Below the pieces are notes generated by a model. That model saw only the letters and a program-made list of their open reading frames with translations. It was not told where the DNA came from and searched no databases. A stretch of 64,000 nucleotides of DNA from Promethearchaeati archaeon (GTDB lineage Archaea > Asgardarchaeota > Heimdallarchaeia > Heimdallarchaeales > Heimdallarchaeaceae). The DNA lies in the NCBI GenBank assembly GCA_013166775.1, contig JABLTJ010000003.1, positions 149,950 to 213,949 on the forward strand. Direction: 5' to 3'. The translations under genes and the position numbers were made by a program. This document shows positions 59,369-64,000 of this stretch, piece by piece; position 1 is the first letter of the stretch, and each line of letters starts with the position of its first letter.

Positions 59369-61171
59369 TTATTTCTTCTTACTTTTTTTAGCTTTTTTCT
59401 TTGATTGAGCAGAGCTTTTCACTAGTGAGTAGGTGATGAATGAACCTAATACTTGCAAACCTAAAATTATACCTGCAATTATCAGTATTTCAGTTAAATT
59501 TAGGGAGGAAAATAATTTGTCAGTCCCATCTGTTATGGTAAAATCAACATATTCAATATTAGATAAAACACTCTTACCATATTCATTTCGGGCATTAACT
59601 GCATAATAATATGTCCCAGTTTCATTCAGTGTATCGACATAGATGTTATCCGAAGTAATAGCTAGTGGATTTAAGTCAATTACTGACCAAATATATGAGT
59701 CAGAGCGATAAATTGAGTAATCTTCAGCACTTAGGATGTCTTTCCAATTCAAGGAGATATTTGTCAAAGAAGTTGGATTAGGAATTATCTGTAATAGTTG
59801 TGGTGAAATTGGTACACCAGCAAATTTACGATAGAATAAATCATCATCAGTACCTGATTCCCCAAGATCATCTGTTTCTTTCCATATACAGTGAATAAAT
59901 CCAAAATTATCTGAAACTATTGAAGCATATTGGGAGAAATCAGAACTCTCTACTGACACAACATCTGATAAAGACCATTTATTTGTTGCTCTATCTTTAA
60001 ATTTAAAGAAAATATCCCAATCTGATCCCCCTTCACCACTTCCCAAATAATCTGTAAAATCATTCCATACAATGTAGACGGAACCTTCTCTGTCAAGGGA
60101 TAGTTTGGAACTAGCTGAATTTGACGTGCTCTCAGTTGAAACAAGCTCGATACTGTTCCAAGTAGCAGAGGAAGATTCTCTTAATCTGTAGTAAATGTCC
60201 GAATCAGTACTTGAATCATAATAAGGATGACCATCAGTCCAGGATATAATTACATCTCCATTTTGGTTTACCTTCATACTGGGATCAAGAGAAGCGCTTG
60301 TGCTTCCTTCTGAAACTAGTTCGGCATTGGTTAAACTTGAATTATAAACATTCCATTTACAGTAAAATAAATCTAAATCAGAACCAGCACCAAGAATATT
60401 CATATAATCCTCCCAAACTATATTTACATCACCAGCTATAGAATCAAAAGCAATCGAAGGATCAAAAGATGAAGCTGATGATTCAGTAGAGATTAAGACT
60501 GTATCAGACCATGTTGTAGATGTATTATTATAATATTTTAAGAAAATATCTTGATCCGTTCCAGCTCCGAGTATATTGGTTAAATCTGCCCATGAAAAAT
60601 ATACATTATCATTTCCGTCCAAACACATATCTGCTGCAACGTTGAAATTGCTTTCAGTTGTAACAACTGAAGTAGTTGTCCAAAATCCTCCAACATTTTT
60701 CTTCTTATAAAATATATCTCCATCTGTCCCTGCACCTGATATGTCTGTATAGTCCTCCCATGCAACATATATATTATCGTTTGAATCAATTGCAATTACA
60801 GGGTCATATGATGAGCTTGTACTTTCAGAGGAAACTAATTCTATTGGTGACCATGTTTCAAGAGAAGAATCGTAGTATCTATAAAACACATCTAAATCAA
60901 CAAGTGACCCAAGTAAATCGGTACTATCTGACCACACAACATGAATATTGTTTTCTGAATCAACAGCTAAGTTTACTAATTGTGAATCTAAGGTACTTGA
61001 ATCAGATATTACTTCAAATTCTGACCAGAACCACGAGGAATTAGCATCTGTTGTAAACAAAGAGAAGGATTCGATTGGACTAGCAACTGTAACGACACTG
61101 AATGGAGTAATTAGAAGAACAAAAACTAGAACAATAAAAATAAATCTGAATATTCTAAACTGCCTTTTCAA
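59369..61171 (-). CDS. Secreted beta-propeller plus FN3 surface protein (paralog of 54465-56195) with a TM anchor
   Basis: Same D..NNIHVVW.D...D.D.FY repeats; FN3 LNW...YSIYRS...YYYAV; C-terminal TM helix and Lys tail. Confidence 0.85.
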   Translation of the reverse strand: MKRQFRIFRFIFIVLVFVLLITPFSVVTVASPIESFSLFTTDANSSWFWSEFEVISDSSTLDSQLVNLAVDSENNIHVVWSDSTDLLGSLVDLDVFYRYYDSSLETWSPIELVSSESTSSSYDPVIAIDSNDNIYVAWEDYTDISGAGTDGDIFYKKKNVGGFWTTTSVVTTESNFNVAADMCLDGNDNVYFSWADLTNILGAGTDQDIFLKYYNNTSTTWSDTVLISTESSASSFDPSIAFDSIAGDVNIVWEDYMNILGAGSDLDLFYCKWNVYNSSLTNAELVSEGSTSASLDPSMKVNQNGDVIISWTDGHPYYDSSTDSDIYYRLRESSSATWNSIELVSTESTSNSASSKLSLDREGSVYIVWNDFTDYLGSGEGGSDWDIFFKFKDRATNKWSLSDVVSVESSDFSQYASIVSDNFGFIHCIWKETDDLGESGTDDDLFYRKFAGVPISPQLLQIIPNPTSLTNISLNWKDILSAEDYSIYRSDSYIWSVIDLNPLAITSDNIYVDTLNETGTYYYAVNARNEYGKSVLSNIEYVDFTITDGTDKLFSSLNLTEILIIAGIILGLQVLGSFITYSLVKSSAQSKKKAKKSKKK

Positions 61172-61256
61172 AAGATATCCACCAACTCTGTTTACTGAAC
61201 AGGATATCTAAAAGCTTTATCCTTCAGTCAATTCTCTTTTATCTACTTCATACTCA

Positions 61257-61394
61257 TTGATAACCTTAACACTCACAAACGAAATTAAGAATAGTAGTTT
61301 AATTGAGTTTGAATCCGGAGGACTTTTGCTTCATGGACAAGTAGATAAAGCTAAATCAGAAATTGCGAATTTTATTAAAGATTTTATTACGTGA
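61257..61394 (+). pseudogene. C-terminal remnant of an alpha/beta hydrolase
   Basis: NEIKNSSLIEFESGGLLLHGQ....SEIANFI*; the usual GGH catalytic His reads Leu. Confidence 0.5.
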
Positions 61395-61488
61395 TACTCA
61401 AATTAGGAAAGAACTACAACTGATAGAAGAATCCAAATTCTTAAAAAAAGTTAAAAAATACTAGAAGAAAAGGATTGGTAATTTCACA

Positions 61489-62151
61489 ATGACTGTAGTG
61501 ATTCAGATAGCAGGTATTCTTTTTCTGTTCATAATCATTCTTCTCTTTTCATGCGATTTTCTTGGTCATGGAGTAATCAGCGATCTAGATTCAGAAGCTA
61601 AACTAAGCAAAATTAATGAGAATCCAAAGAAATTCAGGATAAGTGTTATACTACTTATCATAGAAAATGTAACTATAATTGCACTTTCAATAATGTTGTT
61701 CATAGCATTTAGATCCTATAGCTTAGTATTAGGTATTCTGTGGGTTGTATTCAGAATAGCAGAAAGTTCTATACAACTCTATGATAAGAAAAACTACTGG
61801 GGACTACTTAATATCGCAAAAGAATATGCAGAAGTGAATAATGAGAGGAAGAAGGAATCAATAGATGCAGGACTAAATAGTCTGAAGAGAAAAATAAATA
61901 TCTTTACAATTTCACAGCTATTATTCTCTTTGGGAACATTGGCTTATTCACTAATGTTTGTGATCTATGAAGCTATACCTTTATACATTGGATGGTTCGG
62001 AATTGCTACTAGCATAGTATATGGGGCAGGACATACTGTAAAGCTAGTAAAACCTAAATTCGAAATACTTTGGAAAATTGGAGCTCTACTAGTTTTTATC
62101 TTTGAATTGGGTATAGGGATCTACCTCTTATTTTATCCTCTTTTTTCTTAA
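61489..62151 (+). CDS. DUF4386 membrane protein
   Basis: FRIAES, IP.YIGWFG and FELGIGIYL motifs; TM pattern. Confidence 0.8.
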   Translation: MTVVIQIAGILFLFIIILLFSCDFLGHGVISDLDSEAKLSKINENPKKFRISVILLIIENVTIIALSIMLFIAFRSYSLVLGILWVVFRIAESSIQLYDKKNYWGLLNIAKEYAEVNNERKKESIDAGLNSLKRKINIFTISQLLFSLGTLAYSLMFVIYEAIPLYIGWFGIATSIVYGAGHTVKLVKPKFEILWKIGALLVFIFELGIGIYLLFYPLFS

Positions 62152-62402
62152 TCTCTTTATGAATTCCTTACAAAATAATGAAATACAAATATTCTTCCAA
62201 GAAAGAGGTTTTAACCAACTATGGTTTATACACAATTCAGTAAATTGTTGCATTTGTTTATCATAAATCATCTCATTAATCTTAAGTTTGAATTAGGTCC
62301 ACTTCTTGGAGCTTTCAAACTCTTTGAATACATCTTCTTACTTCTATTTAGAAATATGTAATTGAGAGAAAAAGTTTTTTAAGTCTATGCTCAAGCAAAG
62401 GA

Positions 62403-62858
62403 TTGAGGATAAAAATTATGACAACTGTTCAAGAAAATGATTCTTCAAGATTTTCAAATATTATCGTTAATATATCCACTGTGGTTGGAGCAATCCTTAT
62501 AGTATTTTATATCTTAGTACTTTTAGCTGCTTATAATGTGTTAAGTCTACCTTTGATAACAGATAACTTCTCAGCTTTTGTTGGGTTATCAATTTTTGGA
62601 TTTGGTGCATGTATGGCAATTTTTGCAATAAGAGCAAATTTCCAGAAGGATTTTAAGTGGTTGAGTGTTTTTACCATTCTTGCTATAGTTCTAGGTACTT
62701 TAGGAGCTGCACTAATAATCTTAGTAATTCTAGCAGATCTTGGGATTATGGCAAGCATTCCTGGGATAACTATATATCCAAATGCATTCATCATACTATC
62801 AGCAATTGTTTTTGCAAAATGGATTTTAGGTACAGTACACCTATTTTTTAAAATCTAA
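62403..62858 (+). CDS. 4-TM membrane protein
   Basis: Four hydrophobic helices; likely start ATG 62418. Confidence 0.75.
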   Translation: MRIKIMTTVQENDSSRFSNIIVNISTVVGAILIVFYILVLLAAYNVLSLPLITDNFSAFVGLSIFGFGACMAIFAIRANFQKDFKWLSVFTILAIVLGTLGAALIILVILADLGIMASIPGITIYPNAFIILSAIVFAKWILGTVHLFFKI

Positions 62859-62903
62859 ATATCTAAATTAGAGATTATTCATTTGCAATTGGAGTTGTGA
62901 AAA

Positions 62904-63149
62904 GTGGAGCAAATTGATCTTAAAGCTGAATATGAAGAAATATTAGAGGCTTTAAAAAATAATAGGGGAGAAATGGACTATAAAACACTGACTGAGACCC
63001 TAGCTGATAAATTTGAAGGAATAAGACTAAGACTCAAAACTATGAAAGAAAAAGGGTTAGTTGATTTCGAGGGAGTAGTTCCTTCTTTCAATTCAATAAT
63101 CACTTTGGTCAAGGAGAAGGAAAGCGACATATCCAGAATTGATAAATAA
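62904..63149 (+). CDS. Small winged-helix protein, Costars (ABRACL/STARS)-like
   Basis: GGAG RBS and GTG start; ADKFE...LKTMKEKGLVDFEG...IITLV. Confidence 0.6.
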   Translation: MEQIDLKAEYEEILEALKNNRGEMDYKTLTETLADKFEGIRLRLKTMKEKGLVDFEGVVPSFNSIITLVKEKESDISRIDK

Positions 63150-63220
63150 ATGAGTAGAGATCCAAACCAAATCCTTCCCTATCTACTTTTCCAAATGTGA
63201 TATTAATATCATTTGCCTAA

Positions 63221-63661
63221 TTGCATCGACCTCGTTATTTTCATCAACGTTTTATGCTTCTTATTACCAGTGGTAGCTATCAAGGGATTAAACAAGCAAA
63301 GAAAGCCCATGCACCTACAGCCTCTGGAGGAAAGGTTATTAGCAAAATCGGTGTCATGAACTCTCCAGGTATGAATGAAAAGAAAATAAAGAAACAATCT
63401 CAGAAATTACAAAAAGAAGCATTAAAATTCGCAAAAAAAATGAATAAACCCTATATTTACAACCCCTCGTTTGGTGAACTAATTTGGTTTGCGGCATTTA
63501 AATCATTATCAAAAGAAGAAACTAAAGATAATATTGCAGATCATAAGTATTATTCTCAGAAAGAATACTTCGTCGATTTGGACCTCTCATTTGTTCAGAG
63601 GTCTCTAATAAAGATGTTCAAAGGTCTATTCGGCTTTCTTGTACGGATGGGAATGGTATAG
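63221..63661 (+). pseudogene. C-terminal half of a flavodoxin-like NADPH-dependent FMN reductase
   Basis: Begins at HRPRYF...MLLITSG; the N-terminal GSPR/Cys region is missing and stop codons lie upstream. Confidence 0.55.
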
Positions 63662-64000
63662 TCAAAGAAAAGAACCTCCCATAGGAGTAGCAAGTGCATC
63701 CCATAGTGTCTCTCTACCAACATAATTGTTGTTTACTATGATAGTATGTTTTACTTTCGAATTAATTGAAAATCAAACCTTGTCTGAAGGTCTACTTCTT
63801 GGTTCTTCCAAACTCTTTGAATATGTCTTCTTATCTAAATTCTAATTGTCTATAAGAAAGAAGAGGAAATAAGAAGGCATCTTCTTATCAAAGAGAAAAT
63901 CTGAATTTACATCATAATGAAAAGTCTAATTGATATTGTTATGTACTGCAATATAAATACAACTTCGTTTCAGAGGAAATCTTAGTAGTGGCTTTATCCT

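Larger units (their letters stand above)
62295..63833. repeat. 46-bp imperfect direct repeat (62295-62340 and 63788-63833)
   Basis: 40/46 identity by manual alignment. Confidence 0.8.

Noticed and set aside
928-63397. Short alternative-frame and antisense ORFs in the ORF track (e.g. 10955-11365, 15142-15513, 42466-42912, 46074-46496)
   Set aside because: They overlap well-supported genes and have no motifs; treated as shadow ORFs.

Overview
AT-rich (roughly 30% GC by eye), gene-dense prokaryotic chromosomal segment. It has archaeal-type TATA promoters, oligo-T 3' ends and PEF-CTERM-like surface-protein tails, and looks most like an Asgard archaeon (Heimdallarchaeia-like; this is inference, as no marker gene is present). 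I saw no rRNA, tRNA, CRISPR array, integrase or transposase. The content is mostly accessory metabolism: many peptidases and hydrolases (M20 x2, M28, S9, Ntn/C45 x2, serine hydrolases), GNATs, aldo-keto reductases, NadE, a monofunctional catalase, transporters, and five secreted proteins anchored at the C-terminus. The most notable items are: (1) an 81-aa winged-helix protein resembling the eukaryotic Costars/ABRACL-STARS actin-regulator domain (62904-63149); (2) a CpaM-like SAM methyltransferase coupled to an HgcAB-like corrinoid/ferredoxin fusion with a non-canonical cap motif; (3) a SerA2-FucA fusion plus an FGGY kinase, resembling the mycobacterial serA2/fucA/xylB cluster, co-transcribed with a membrane-anchored SCP2 protein; (4) an orphan EutA with a new N-terminal extension, followed by a possible toxin/immunity remnant; (5) an RS-rich protein with four zinc ribbons and a structured 5' leader; (6) a candidate ~87-nt ncRNA; and (7) many nonsense, frameshift and deletion scars showing rapid gene turnover. 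All family assignments come from motif recognition, not from database searches.
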